A stretch of DNA of 64,000 bases from Hydrurus foetidus. Its lineage: Eukaryota. The notes under the pieces were generated by a model that saw nothing but the letters and a program-made list of their open reading frames with translations, was not told the origin of the DNA and did not search any database. The stretch's first letter is position 1. Each line of letters begins with the position of its first letter. Location of the stretch: NCBI GenBank assembly GCA_900617105.1, contig UYFQ01000006.1, positions 434,001 to 498,000 on the forward strand, given 5' to 3'. The translations under genes were made by a program, and so were the position numbers. Below are positions 1 through 8,590 of this stretch, piece after piece.

Positions 1-191
1 ACTCCAGCGCCTTGGAAGCCATCATCGTCGAGGTGATGGCGGCGAACGCCAAAAATGTCGAGGAATACCGCGCAGGCAAAGAAAAGGCGTTCAACGCCCT
101 CGTCGGTCAGGTCATGAAAGGCAGCAAAGGCAAAGCCAACCCAGCGCAGGTCAACGCGTTGCTGAAACAGAAGCTGACCACAGCGGCTTGA
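1..191 (+). CDS. gatB: Asp/Glu-tRNA amidotransferase subunit B, C-terminal end (partial)
   Basis: Frame from nt 3 reads ...[43 protein letters not shown], the typical GatB/Yqey C-terminus; TGA at 189-191. Confidence 0.93.
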   Translation, partial: SSALEAIIVEVMAANAKNVEEYRAGKEKAFNALVGQVMKGSKGKANPAQVNALLKQKLTTAA

Positions 192-792
192 GTTTGATCA
201 GCTCTTCATCAAACCGGGCATTGACCCGGTTTTTTTCAAGCTCTTGATCGGCCGCAAAGCGCTTTTGTAGTGCCACATTGCTCGTGTTCTCTTCCATTTG
301 CCGCTTCAACGCCACCGGCGCTTTGGCGGGATCCCGCTTATAGAACTCCATTTCCGTGTCCAGCTTTTGGCGCTGTAGTCCAAGCTCCGTCACCTGCTTG
401 ACCGCCGACTTCATGATCTCGTCGATTTGCACAAGCGACGCAACACGCACCCGATCGTGCGCGGTGGCATTGGGATAACGGGAAAGTAGCGCCTTGTCGC
501 GCCGCCGCTCTTCATTTTGGCGGCTGATTTCGAGGTGAGCAGCTTGCACTTTTTCGTCCTGAACCGCCTGCTCTTTCGCGGTGAGTGTGGGGCCGATTTG
601 ACGCTTGACGGAGCCACTCGCATTCAGCTCGCGCTGCTCGCGGTCATTGCACTCGGGGATAGGGCGGTCTGAGGTGATTTTGCGACCGTGACTATCGACG
701 CAGGTGAATATGCCCTGGGCTGATGTAAGTCCCACACTGGCATACACAGTGACATACACGATGCTCCACCGCGCTGAACGAATGGCCTTCAC
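151..792 (-). CDS. DUF4124-type exported protein
   Basis: Signal-like N-terminus then [21 protein letters not shown] motif and a coiled-coil C-terminus; start uncertain. Confidence 0.75.
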   Translation of the reverse strand: MKAIRSARWSIVYVTVYASVGLTSAQGIFTCVDSHGRKITSDRPIPECNDREQRELNASGSVKRQIGPTLTAKEQAVQDEKVQAAHLEISRQNEERRRDKALLSRYPNATAHDRVRVASLVQIDEIMKSAVKQVTELGLQRQKLDTEMEFYKRDPAKAPVALKRQMEENTSNVALQKRFAADQELEKNRVNARFDEELIKLKPLWSASVSATR

Positions 793-822
793 TCACAGAG
801 CCTCGGTTAACTTTTACACCAT

Positions 823-1545
823 TTAAAACACACCGTAACGGTCGCGGTACGCTACCACCCGCTCGTGAAAAGCCGCCAACTCTGGTGAGGGGTTCAAGGC
901 CAAATAATGAAGTAAATCGGCCAACTGCGCAATGGCACACACCTGTAACCCTAATTGATTGCGGACATACTGCACAGCGCTGTAAGGCACATCAGCACCG
1001 TTTTCGGTGGCTTTTTCTTGCCGGTCAAGTGCAATAACCACCGCGTGAGGCGTGGCACCGGCGGCTTGGATGATCGAAATCGACTCGCGCACCGCCGTGC
1101 CCGCCGACATCACATCGTCCACAATCAGCACCCGGCCTTGCAGCGGGGCCCCCACCAGCGTGCCGCCCTCCCCGTGGTCTTTGGCTTCTTTGCGGTTGTA
1201 GGCAAACGGCACATTGCGCCCCAGCCGGGCCAACTCAATCGCCACCGCCGCACCCAACGGGATGCCTTTGTACGCGGGGCCAAAAATCATGTCAAATTCG
1301 ATGTCGCTGGCGATCAGCTGCTGCGCGTAAAAGGCAGCCAACCGGCCCAGCTTCACGCCATCGTCAAACAAGCCCGCGTTGAAAAAATACGGGCTCAAGC
1401 GCCCTGCCTTGGTTTTGAATTCGCCAAACCGCAGTGCGCCAGCGTCCAGCGCAAACTGGACAAACTCTTGTGCCAACGCCTCAGACGGTGCGTTATGCTG
1501 AGGTACAGCGCCCTGTACATCCCCTTTTTGATGATGCAACACCAT
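823..1545 (-). CDS. pyrE: Orotate phosphoribosyltransferase
   Basis: FGEFKTKAGRLSPYFFNAG, FGPAYKGIP and PRPP motif VLIVDDVMSAGT; ATG at 1545 is the last in-frame ATG before the conserved core. Confidence 0.95.
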   Translation of the reverse strand: MVLHHQKGDVQGAVPQHNAPSEALAQEFVQFALDAGALRFGEFKTKAGRLSPYFFNAGLFDDGVKLGRLAAFYAQQLIASDIEFDMIFGPAYKGIPLGAAVAIELARLGRNVPFAYNRKEAKDHGEGGTLVGAPLQGRVLIVDDVMSAGTAVRESISIIQAAGATPHAVVIALDRQEKATENGADVPYSAVQYVRNQLGLQVCAIAQLADLLHYLALNPSPELAAFHERVVAYRDRYGVF

Positions 1546-2347
1546 GACCAACTCCTTGTTCAAACTGACCAGCCTTAACCTCAACGGCATTCGCTCAGCC
1601 ACCAGCAAAGGGCTGGAAAACTGGCTCACCGCCACTGCGCCGGATTGTATTTGTGTCCAAGAAGTAAAGGCCCAGGCCGCGGATATTGAAGGCCGTTTTG
1701 AGCAACTTGCCGGTTTAAACGGGTATTTCCATTTCGCAGAAAAAAAAGGCTACTCAGGTGTCGGCGTTTACACCAAGCATGCGCCCAGCGATGTGCGTAT
1801 CGGCTACGGCTCCACCGAATTTGATGCAGAAGGCCGCTATGTGGAATTGCGCTTTGACACCCCCACGCGCAAACTCTCACTCATCAGCAGCTACTTCCCT
1901 AGCGGCTCATCGGGCGAAGACCGCCAGCAGGCCAAGTTTCGCTTTCTGGCCGAGTTTTACCCCCACTTGGTACAGCTCAAAGCCGAGCGTGAATTCATCT
2001 TGTGCGGCGACATCAACATCGCCCACCAAGAGATTGACCTGAAAAACTGGAAAGGCAACAAGAAAAACAGCGGCTTCTTGCCCGAAGAACGCGCCTGGAT
2101 GACCCAGTTGTTGAACGAAGCCGGTCTGGTAGACGTGTACCGCCAACTGCAACCCACCACCACCAATGCCGCCTACACGTGGTGGAGCAACCGAGGCCAA
2201 GCCTATGCGAACAACGTGGGGTGGCGGCTGGATTACCACTTGGCGACACCGGCCCTGGCAGCGCTGGCCCGCACCGAGGCCATCTACAAAACCGAGAAAT
2301 TCTCAGACCACGCCCCCATCACGCTGGGCTACGACTTCCGCCTTTGA
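1544..2347 (+). CDS. xth: Exodeoxyribonuclease III / AP endonuclease
   Basis: NLNGIRS, QEVK, GYSGV, GDINIAH, GWRLDY and SDHAP motifs. Confidence 0.95.
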   Translation: MTNSLFKLTSLNLNGIRSATSKGLENWLTATAPDCICVQEVKAQAADIEGRFEQLAGLNGYFHFAEKKGYSGVGVYTKHAPSDVRIGYGSTEFDAEGRYVELRFDTPTRKLSLISSYFPSGSSGEDRQQAKFRFLAEFYPHLVQLKAEREFILCGDINIAHQEIDLKNWKGNKKNSGFLPEERAWMTQLLNEAGLVDVYRQLQPTTTNAAYTWWSNRGQAYANNVGWRLDYHLATPALAALARTEAIYKTEKFSDHAPITLGYDFRL

Positions 2348-2611
2348 TGTCAGCCCAGAAGATCGCCTGTCTGAATCTTTGAAATCAAAATTAGCCTCCT
2401 CAATTTTGCCATTCATGGAGTTTATGAATGGAAATCCGCGACCACTTCAGGCTTGTACCTTGCTGGACAAGGTTCTCGGTTATGCGAGGCCAGATTTCAG
2501 CGGCTACCGCAGTGATGGAGATTATGATACTTCCCTTTTTTGTATATTTACGAAAAAAATAATAGGGAACAGTAAGTTTGGTATGATTGAGGAAACAGTC
2601 ATGATTCAACC

Positions 2612-2896
2612 ATGCAACTACTCGGCCTCATCAAGCTCGACGATTTCAAGACTCAGCACGCGGATGCACGTGGGCCGCTTGATGCTTGGCGTGTTGACGC
2701 CGAGCGCGCCCAATGGACTAGTCCACAGGACATCAAGAGCCGATACCCCAGTGTTAGCTTTCTGGCGGACAACAAGGTGATTTTTAATATCAAAGGCAAC
2801 ACTTACAGGTTAGTCATCAAGGCCAAATACCAGAACGGCCTGGTCTTAATCGAGTGGGTCGGCACACATGCCGAATACGACAAGCTGAAGCTTTGA
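2612..2896 (+). CDS. higB: HigB-family type II toxin (RelE-fold mRNA interferase)
   Basis: VIFNIKGNTYRL...WVGTHAEYDK signature; toxin-first gene order. Confidence 0.88.
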   Translation: MQLLGLIKLDDFKTQHADARGPLDAWRVDAERAQWTSPQDIKSRYPSVSFLADNKVIFNIKGNTYRLVIKAKYQNGLVLIEWVGTHAEYDKLKL

Positions 2897-2925
2897 GCTG
2901 GGCTCGGCAAATGAAAGGAACGGAT

Positions 2926-4155
2926 ATGAAAGTGATCAAAACGCAGCGTGACTACGATGCGGCGATCGTTCGTCTGTCAGCTTTGATGGATGAAGACATG
3001 GCACCAGGTTCCAGCAAGGAAGCTGAACTGGAGTTGCTGGCTCTGGTCATTGAGTCGTACGAGCGCAGCAAAGTCGAACCTGTGAATCTTGATCCGATTG
3101 AAGCTATTTTGTTTCGCATGGCTCAATTGGGACTCAAGAAGGCGGACATGGTGCCTTACATGGGGTCGCTGCCCAAGGTATCCGAGGTGTTGGCACGAAA
3201 ACGCCCACTCAACCTAGCAACGATTCGTAAGCTGCATCAAGGCTTGGGTATCCCAGCTGATGTTCTGCTGGCTGCAACCGATGGTGCTGTTGACCTGTCT
3301 GAGGAGTTCCCCTACGACAAAGACAAGTTCCCCATCAAGGAGATGTTCGAACGCGGTTATTTCAAGGCATTCCGGGGCACACTTCGAGAAGCCCGCGAGA
3401 GCACTGAAGAACTAATTCGTTCCTTCATGCGCGGTTTCAATATGCCCACAGCCCAGCCAGCACGGCTACGAGCGCCAATGCATCAGAGCGGCAGTCGGCT
3501 GATGGATGACTATGCCCTGCTAACGTGGCATGTTGCTGTGCTCAAAAAGGCACGCCAAATCAAGTTCAAGTCCGCCTACGTGAAGGGCAGCTTGACCGAT
3601 GAACGCCTGAAAGAATTGGCACGCCTGTCTCGCTTCGAACAAGGCCCCCGCCTGGCTCAGGAGTTCTTGGCTGACATGGGCATCGCCCTGGTGTTCGAGA
3701 ACCACTTCAACAAGACCTATCTCGATGGTGCTGCCATGTTCGATGGAGATCGACCGGTGGTAGCGTTGACATTGCGACACAACCGGCTCGATAACTTTTG
3801 GTTCGCCTTAATGCACGAGTTGGTGCACGTGCAGAAGCATTTACGTCCTGATAACTCCTTCATTGCCGACAACCTTGAAGACAAGATTCATCAGCAGTCC
3901 CAGGAGGAACGCGAGGCCGACGACGGGGCCCGAGAAATTCTGATCCCACAAGCCGAATGGTTGGAGTCAGAGTTAGGCGTTTCTCCCACGATGGATGCTG
4001 CAATAGCCTTAGCTGACAAGCTCCGTATCCACCCCACCATCGTGGCCGGGCGCGTGCGTTTTCAATCAGGCAACTGGCGCCTGCTCAGCAGTATCAAGGC
4101 TGAGGTTCGCTTCCAGTTTGTTGATCAACTTGAGGAGCAGGCGCAACCCAGTTGA
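2926..4155 (+). CDS. HigA-type HTH antitoxin fused to an ImmA/IrrE (M78) metallopeptidase domain
   Basis: N-terminal HigA-like region (DPIEAILFRMAQLGLKKADM...VSEVLARKRPL); C-terminal LTLRHNRLDNFWFALMHELVH (HExxH) and EREAD; RBS AAAGGA before ATG 2926. Confidence 0.87.
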   Translation: MKVIKTQRDYDAAIVRLSALMDEDMAPGSSKEAELELLALVIESYERSKVEPVNLDPIEAILFRMAQLGLKKADMVPYMGSLPKVSEVLARKRPLNLATIRKLHQGLGIPADVLLAATDGAVDLSEEFPYDKDKFPIKEMFERGYFKAFRGTLREARESTEELIRSFMRGFNMPTAQPARLRAPMHQSGSRLMDDYALLTWHVAVLKKARQIKFKSAYVKGSLTDERLKELARLSRFEQGPRLAQEFLADMGIALVFENHFNKTYLDGAAMFDGDRPVVALTLRHNRLDNFWFALMHELVHVQKHLRPDNSFIADNLEDKIHQQSQEEREADDGAREILIPQAEWLESELGVSPTMDAAIALADKLRIHPTIVAGRVRFQSGNWRLLSSIKAEVRFQFVDQLEEQAQPS

Positions 4156-4160
4156 TCAGC

Positions 4161-4202
4161 AAAGAAAAAGGCCCCGGAGTGCGCTAACACTCAAGGGCCT
4201 TT
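4161..4202 (-). terminator. Intrinsic terminator hairpin with U-tract on the minus strand
   Basis: AAAGGCCC/GGGCCTTT and GAGTG/CACTC stems; the minus strand continues TTTTTCTTT. Confidence 0.7.
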
Positions 4203-4262
4203 GGTGAGGTGAATAGGGGTCTACCAAAAAACCACCCATGCACAACACGTCTTGGAGAAGAC
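4161..4262 (-). ncRNA. Candidate ~100-nt antisense sRNA
   Basis: Minus-strand extended -10 (TG-A-TAAGAT, 4276-4268), 5' hairpin CGTCTT-CTCC-AAGACG, and the terminator at 4161-4202. Confidence 0.4.
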
Positions 4263-4336
4263 GGCGGATCTTATCAGTTCGCAGTGCACGGGCATAGATG
4301 AAAACCCCTCCATTCTTTATTCATAAAGGAGTTGGC

Positions 4337-4459
4337 ATGGCCTACACCCGTTGGAAGAGCGTTTTTGTGCGGGCATACGTCCGCTTCCGGTTTGGACGCC
4401 GGGAGCATGTTTGCAAACACTGGCGCTCACATCCCGGTCAGATGGAACTATTCGTCTGA
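4337..4459 (+). CDS. 40-aa basic microprotein MAYTRWKSVFVRAYVRFRFGRREHVCKHWRSHPGQMELFV
   Basis: Strong RBS AAAGGAG 5 nt before the ATG; followed by a strong TTCG-loop hairpin; below the ORF-track cutoff. Confidence 0.7.
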   Translation: MAYTRWKSVFVRAYVRFRFGRREHVCKHWRSHPGQMELFV

Positions 4460-4466
4460 CCATCGA

Positions 4467-4498
4467 TGGCAGAGGCCTTGTTCGCAAGGTATCTGCCA
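4467..4498 (+). other. Stable stem-loop after the 40-aa ORF
   Basis: TGGCAGA-g-GCCTTG-TTCG-CAAGGT-a-TCTGCCA. Confidence 0.6.
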
Positions 4499-4532
4499 CC
4501 TTCCTGCACTTGAACTTTGAAAGATATCCATC

Positions 4533-4685
4533 ATGGCAACCAAGCCCTCCAATGAGCAAACATCTGCTCGCGTCGCCTCTACAGCATCCAAACTGTTGAG
4601 CAACCCCAAGACCTCGGCCGCAGTGAGGTCTGTAGCTGCCTCGGCACTGACCCAGCGGCCTAGCAGCAAGCCAAAGGGCAAGTAA
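4533..4685 (+). CDS. 50-aa basic microprotein MATKPSNEQTSARVASTASKLLSNPKTSAAVRSVAASALTQRPSSKPKGK
   Basis: Clean ORF with GAAAG upstream; resembles, from memory, a recurring small hypothetical family (TS..VAS.ASK.L..P.T...V.SVAASALTQ); not in the ORF track. Confidence 0.7.
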   Translation: MATKPSNEQTSARVASTASKLLSNPKTSAAVRSVAASALTQRPSSKPKGK

Positions 4686-4728
4686 CCTCAACGCTGTCCG
4701 GTTGACTGTGAGTCCGCTTGATGCGGGC

Positions 4729-5544
4729 TCATTTATTGGCCTGCTTAGCCCGCTCATACAACGGCATCACCTTGGGCAAATTCTTTTCAATGTCGGCGAT
4801 GCGGGTGCCACCGGCGGGGTGGGTACTTAGCCATTGGGGTGGTGCGCCTTTGTTGGTTGCACCCATTTTTTGCCACAGCGTGACACCCGCGCGAGGGTCA
4901 TAGCCCGCCCTGGCAGCCAACTCCATGCCCACCAAATCAGCCTCTGACTCGTCATCACGGCCAAATTTCAAGCTCAGCAACTGCGCACCACCGCCGATCA
5001 TTTGCTGACCCAGTGCGCCGGCACCCGTCACCATCGAAAAGATGTTCGCACCGATGTTGGTGGCTGCTGATTTGCCCATGCGCTCGCGGGCGTGCTCGCG
5101 CAGGGCGTGCGCCACCTCGTGGCCCATCACCATGGCCACCTCATCGTCGGTGAGCTTGAGCTGCTCCAAGATACCGCTGTAAAACGCGATCTTGCCGCCA
5201 GGCATGCAAAAGGCGTTGATCTGCTTGCTGCCAATCAAATTGACCTCCCAACGCCAGCTTTTGGCGCGGGGGTTCCATTCTTGGGCGAAAGGGATGATGT
5301 TTTGCGCAATGCGGCGCAAGCGCTGCACCTGCGGGTTGTTGTCGCCACCCACCGCCTTTTGCGTGGCCGCCTGTTGCAACATTTGGGTGTACTGCTGAGC
5401 GGCAGATTTTTCCACATCGCCAGCGGGTACCAGTTTGGCAAACACCGATTCACGGCCCACCTCAACACCTTCACGGGCAAAACCGATGCTTGTGCAGGCA
5501 CACAAAGCACAGACAGCTATCAATTTAGGAATGAATGAGGTCAT
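4729..5544 (-). CDS. M48-family zinc metallopeptidase
   Basis: INAFCMPGGK, HEVAH, ESEAD and STHP motifs; signal peptide. Confidence 0.92.
   Translation of the reverse strand: MTSFIPKLIAVCALCACTSIGFAREGVEVGRESVFAKLVPAGDVEKSAAQQYTQMLQQAATQKAVGGDNNPQVQRLRRIAQNIIPFAQEWNPRAKSWRWEVNLIGSKQINAFCMPGGKIAFYSGILEQLKLTDDEVAMVMGHEVAHALREHARERMGKSAATNIGANIFSMVTGAGALGQQMIGGGAQLLSLKFGRDDESEADLVGMELAARAGYDPRAGVTLWQKMGATNKGAPPQWLSTHPAGGTRIADIEKNLPKVMPLYERAKQANK
5478..5532 (-). repeat. Dispersed 55-bp element copy (in M48 signal-peptide region)
   Basis: Head ATTCCTAAATTGATAGC, internal TGTGC/GCACA inverted repeat, TTTTG ending 38 nt after the head. Confidence 0.6.
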
Positions 5545-5631
5545 GGTGAAAAGAGGGCTCCAAAATGAAAGACGCAGGACGCGAAACCCAACAGCAGGGG
5601 GATAAGACCGTCCGCCGCTATTATCAGCAGC

Positions 5632-7002
5632 ATGACGAATCCCCCCCCTAACGATGCCCGCACCTCTTGGGCCGACACGCTGCGCGTTTACTTGGAGCCC
5701 GCCACGTTGCGGATGCTGTTTTTGGGCTTTTCTGCCGGTTTACCGCTGCTGCTGGTGCTGGGCACGCTGAGTTTTCGCCTGCGCGAAGCCGGTGTTGACC
5801 GCACCACCATCGGCTACTTGTCGTGGGTCGGGCTGGCCTACGGCTTCAAATGGGTCTGGGCACCGCTGGTTGACCGCATGCCGCTGCCTTTGTTGACACG
5901 GGCTTTCGGGATGCGCCGCAGCTGGCTGTTGCTGGCGCAGCTCGTCATCGTGGCGGGCTTGGTTGGCATGGCCCTGTCTGACCCTAAACTCACGCTGGGC
6001 ACCGTGGTGTGGTGTGCGCTCTTGGTGGCGTTCGGTTCTGCCACCCAAGACATCGCTTTGGATGCCTTTCGCATCGAGTCTGCCACCACCGACCGCCAAG
6101 CCGCACTGGCTGCGGCCTACCAAACGGGCTACCGGCTGGCGATGATTTGGGCTGGTGCCGGGGTACTGTGGATTGCCGCCCGCGCTGAAGTTGCTAACGC
6201 TGCGGCGTACCAACACGCGGCGTGGCAAACCGCCTACTTGGTGATGGCCGGCTCTATGGTGGTTGGCGTGCTGACGGTGCTGCTGTCACCCGAACCCGCC
6301 CGTCGCCCCATGCCGCCCGCCAAAAACGCAGCCGAATGGCTGCAAGGCGCGTTGATCGCCCCGTTTTCAGAATTTTTGCACCGCTACGGCTGGCAAGCCG
6401 GTCTGATCCTCGGGCTGATCGCCGTCTACCGCATCAGCGACGTGGTGATGGGCATCATGGCCAACCCGTTTTACGTGGACATGGGCTACACCAAAGACGA
6501 GGTGGCCGCCGTCACTAAAGTGTTCGGCGTCATCATGACGCTGGTGGGTGCGTTCATAGGCGGCGTGCTGTCTATGCGCTTGGGCGTGATGCGCGTGCTG
6601 ATGCTGGGTGCCGTGCTCAGCGCCGCCAGCAACCTGCTGTTCGCCTGGCTGGGCACACGCGGCCATGACCTGACAGCGTTGGTGTGGGTGATCTCGGCTG
6701 ACAACCTCTCCAGCGGCATCGCGTCCGCCGCCTTCATCGCCTATTTGTCGTCGCTCACCAACGTGAACTACTCCGCCACGCAGTACGCGCTGTTCAGCTC
6801 GATGATGCTGCTGCTGCCGAAATGGCTGGCCGGTTTCTCAGGCAAGTACGTGGACGCTTTCGGGTATGGCCACTTTTTCACGGCCACCGCCTTGCTGGGT
6901 GTGCCGGTGCTGCTGCTGGTGTGGCTGGCATCTCGGGTGCCGGTGCCCGTGGTATCGAACGAACCTTTTACCGCCCCAACACCACCAAGTGCGCAGGTGT
7001 AG
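5632..7002 (+). CDS. ampG: AmpG-family muropeptide MFS permease
   Basis: LGFSAGLP, KWVWAPLVD, SATQDIALDAFRIE and ATQYALFSS motifs. Confidence 0.92.
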   Translation: MTNPPPNDARTSWADTLRVYLEPATLRMLFLGFSAGLPLLLVLGTLSFRLREAGVDRTTIGYLSWVGLAYGFKWVWAPLVDRMPLPLLTRAFGMRRSWLLLAQLVIVAGLVGMALSDPKLTLGTVVWCALLVAFGSATQDIALDAFRIESATTDRQAALAAAYQTGYRLAMIWAGAGVLWIAARAEVANAAAYQHAAWQTAYLVMAGSMVVGVLTVLLSPEPARRPMPPAKNAAEWLQGALIAPFSEFLHRYGWQAGLILGLIAVYRISDVVMGIMANPFYVDMGYTKDEVAAVTKVFGVIMTLVGAFIGGVLSMRLGVMRVLMLGAVLSAASNLLFAWLGTRGHDLTALVWVISADNLSSGIASAAFIAYLSSLTNVNYSATQYALFSSMMLLLPKWLAGFSGKYVDAFGYGHFFTATALLGVPVLLLVWLASRVPVPVVSNEPFTAPTPPSAQV

Positions 7003-7402
7003 CGCCCTGGACGCAGGCCAAGACAATGCCTTTGTCCAGCGTAACCAAACAGCCCTCACGCTGAACCGTCAAGGCCAGTAAATACGCATCCGTCAATTGA
7101 GCGGGGCGCACCAAATGCGACCAATTGATGCGCGGTGAGCTTACAGGGTTCACCTCGTCAGCCCAAAATTCATGCTGCGGCTGCTGCATGGCGCGACCAA
7201 GGCCCGATACCACGGTGTTCATCGGCAGGCGGTTGGGGTAGCTGGGTTGCGCCAAGATGCGGATGCAGCCATTCAGTGTGATAGGGCAACTGGCCCATCC
7301 GTTGGCCGCGTTATCTGACAGCCATTGCGTTGTGAGATGGTGGTGAACATGGCTGGCATCCAGCAAGGCGATGAGCACGCTGGTGTCGAGAAGCGCACGC
7401 AC
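6968..7402 (-). CDS. vapC: VapC-family PIN-domain toxin
   Basis: LLDTSVLIAL N-terminus, QLTDAYLLAL, LVTLD. Confidence 0.88.
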   Translation of the reverse strand: MRALLDTSVLIALLDASHVHHHLTTQWLSDNAANGWASCPITLNGCIRILAQPSYPNRLPMNTVVSGLGRAMQQPQHEFWADEVNPVSSPRINWSHLVRPAQLTDAYLLALTVQREGCLVTLDKGIVLACVQGATPAHLVVLGR

Positions 7403-7404
7403 CC

Positions 7405-7668
7405 TCAGTCCCCCAACTCGTCACGCAGCGCCCGCACCATGTCGTTGGTTACGATATGGCCGCCGCTGATGAGCGGCAAGAAACCACAGACCGCGACAGG
7501 TGCAGCCTCTGGCACCGAAGGCAAACGGGCATCCGCACGGGTCAAACCCAACTGGATAGCCCGACGCATGGTGTCTGAAATCACACGCCCTGCCGTGGTG
7601 TGAGCCGCTCTGGCCAAGGCTTTGGCTGCATCCAGAATATCGGGGTCTAAATCTAAAGTGGTTCTCAT
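7405..7668 (-). CDS. vapB: VapB-type ribbon-helix-helix antitoxin
   Basis: MRTTLDLDPDIL N-terminus; ends 2 nt before vapC. Confidence 0.85.
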   Translation of the reverse strand: MRTTLDLDPDILDAAKALARAAHTTAGRVISDTMRRAIQLGLTRADARLPSVPEAAPVAVCGFLPLISGGHIVTNDMVRALRDELGD

Positions 7669-7681
7669 TGCAACAGTGTAT

Positions 7682-7699
7682 CTGATGCATAAACATCAG
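7682..7699. promoter_or_regulatory. Putative vapBC autoregulatory operator
   Basis: CTGATG-N6-CATCAG inverted repeat just upstream of the antitoxin start. Confidence 0.5.
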
Positions 7700-7757
7700 G
7701 TGCAGTGTATGTTTAGAGTGCGAAGAAACAACCCAGACATTCTGTAAGCGACCTCGG

Positions 7758-7772
7758 TTTACCTATCTTTAC
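7758..7772 (-). promoter_or_regulatory. CpxR-type direct repeat GTAAA-N5-GTAAA
   Basis: Minus strand GTAAAgatagGTAAA, upstream of the OmpR-family regulator. Confidence 0.5.
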
Positions 7773-7874
7773 CCCGTCTTCATTCCCATTTGATAGCGCA
7801 CAGTCAAGATAAAGCATGGCCTGCACCTTATGCTTGGGCCTGTTTGTAAAGCCTTAAAAGACACGACTGCCCCT

Positions 7875-8576
7875 ATGCAACAGCTGCTGATGATTGAAGA
7901 CGACACCCGTCTGGCCCAGATGGTGGGGGAATACCTGCGTAACGCGGGGTTTGGCTTCACCCATGCGGCCGACGGCGGCGCGGGCTTGACCGCCTTGCCT
8001 GCGGTATCGCCGAATTTGGTGATTTTGGACTTGATGCTGCCCGACATGGACGGTCTGGACGTGTGCCGCCGCATCCGCGCTTTGCCTACCGACCACGCCC
8101 AAGTGCCCGTGCTCATGCTGACGGCCAAAGGCGACCCGATGGACCGCATTGTGGGGCTGGAGCTGGGGGCAGATGACTATTTGCCCAAGCCGTTCGAGCC
8201 CCGCGAGCTGCTGGCACGCATACGTGCCATTCTGCGTCGCCAGCAAGACGGTGCCCCAGCGCGCACCCAGGTGCTGCGCTTTGGCACGCTAGAGATTGAC
8301 CGCGATGCCCGCACCGTGCTGGTGGGCGGGCAAGCTTGTGAACTCACGTCTTACCAGTTTGACCTGTTGCTCACCTTGGCAGAACGGGCCGGGCGCGTGC
8401 TCTCGCGTGACCAAATCATGGAAGCCGTGCGGGGCCGCGAGCTGGAGGCGTTTGACCGTTCCATCGACGTTCACATGGGCCGCATCCGTGCGGCTATCGA
8501 GGTGGACGTGAAAAACCCGAAACGCATTTTGACGGTGCGTGGCGTGGGCTACGTGTTCGCACGGCAGCAAGACTAG
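7875..8576 (+). CDS. OmpR/CpxR-family response regulator
   Basis: Receiver domain (IEDD, LDLMLP, LTAKG, KPF) plus wHTH (RSIDVH, TVRGVGY). Confidence 0.95.
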   Translation: MQQLLMIEDDTRLAQMVGEYLRNAGFGFTHAADGGAGLTALPAVSPNLVILDLMLPDMDGLDVCRRIRALPTDHAQVPVLMLTAKGDPMDRIVGLELGADDYLPKPFEPRELLARIRAILRRQQDGAPARTQVLRFGTLEIDRDARTVLVGGQACELTSYQFDLLLTLAERAGRVLSRDQIMEAVRGRELEAFDRSIDVHMGRIRAAIEVDVKNPKRILTVRGVGYVFARQQD

Positions 8577-8590
8577 CCCCCACCCGACCC

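Noticed and set aside
2400..2609. 69-aa minus-strand ORF upstream of higB
   Set aside because: Lies in the AT-rich promoter/operator region; no RBS or motif support
4317..4757. Track ORFs 4317-4757(-), 4332-4520(+), 4351-4599(+) and 4448-4681(-)
   Set aside because: Weak starts; the 40-aa and 50-aa ORFs have better RBS and protein-like composition
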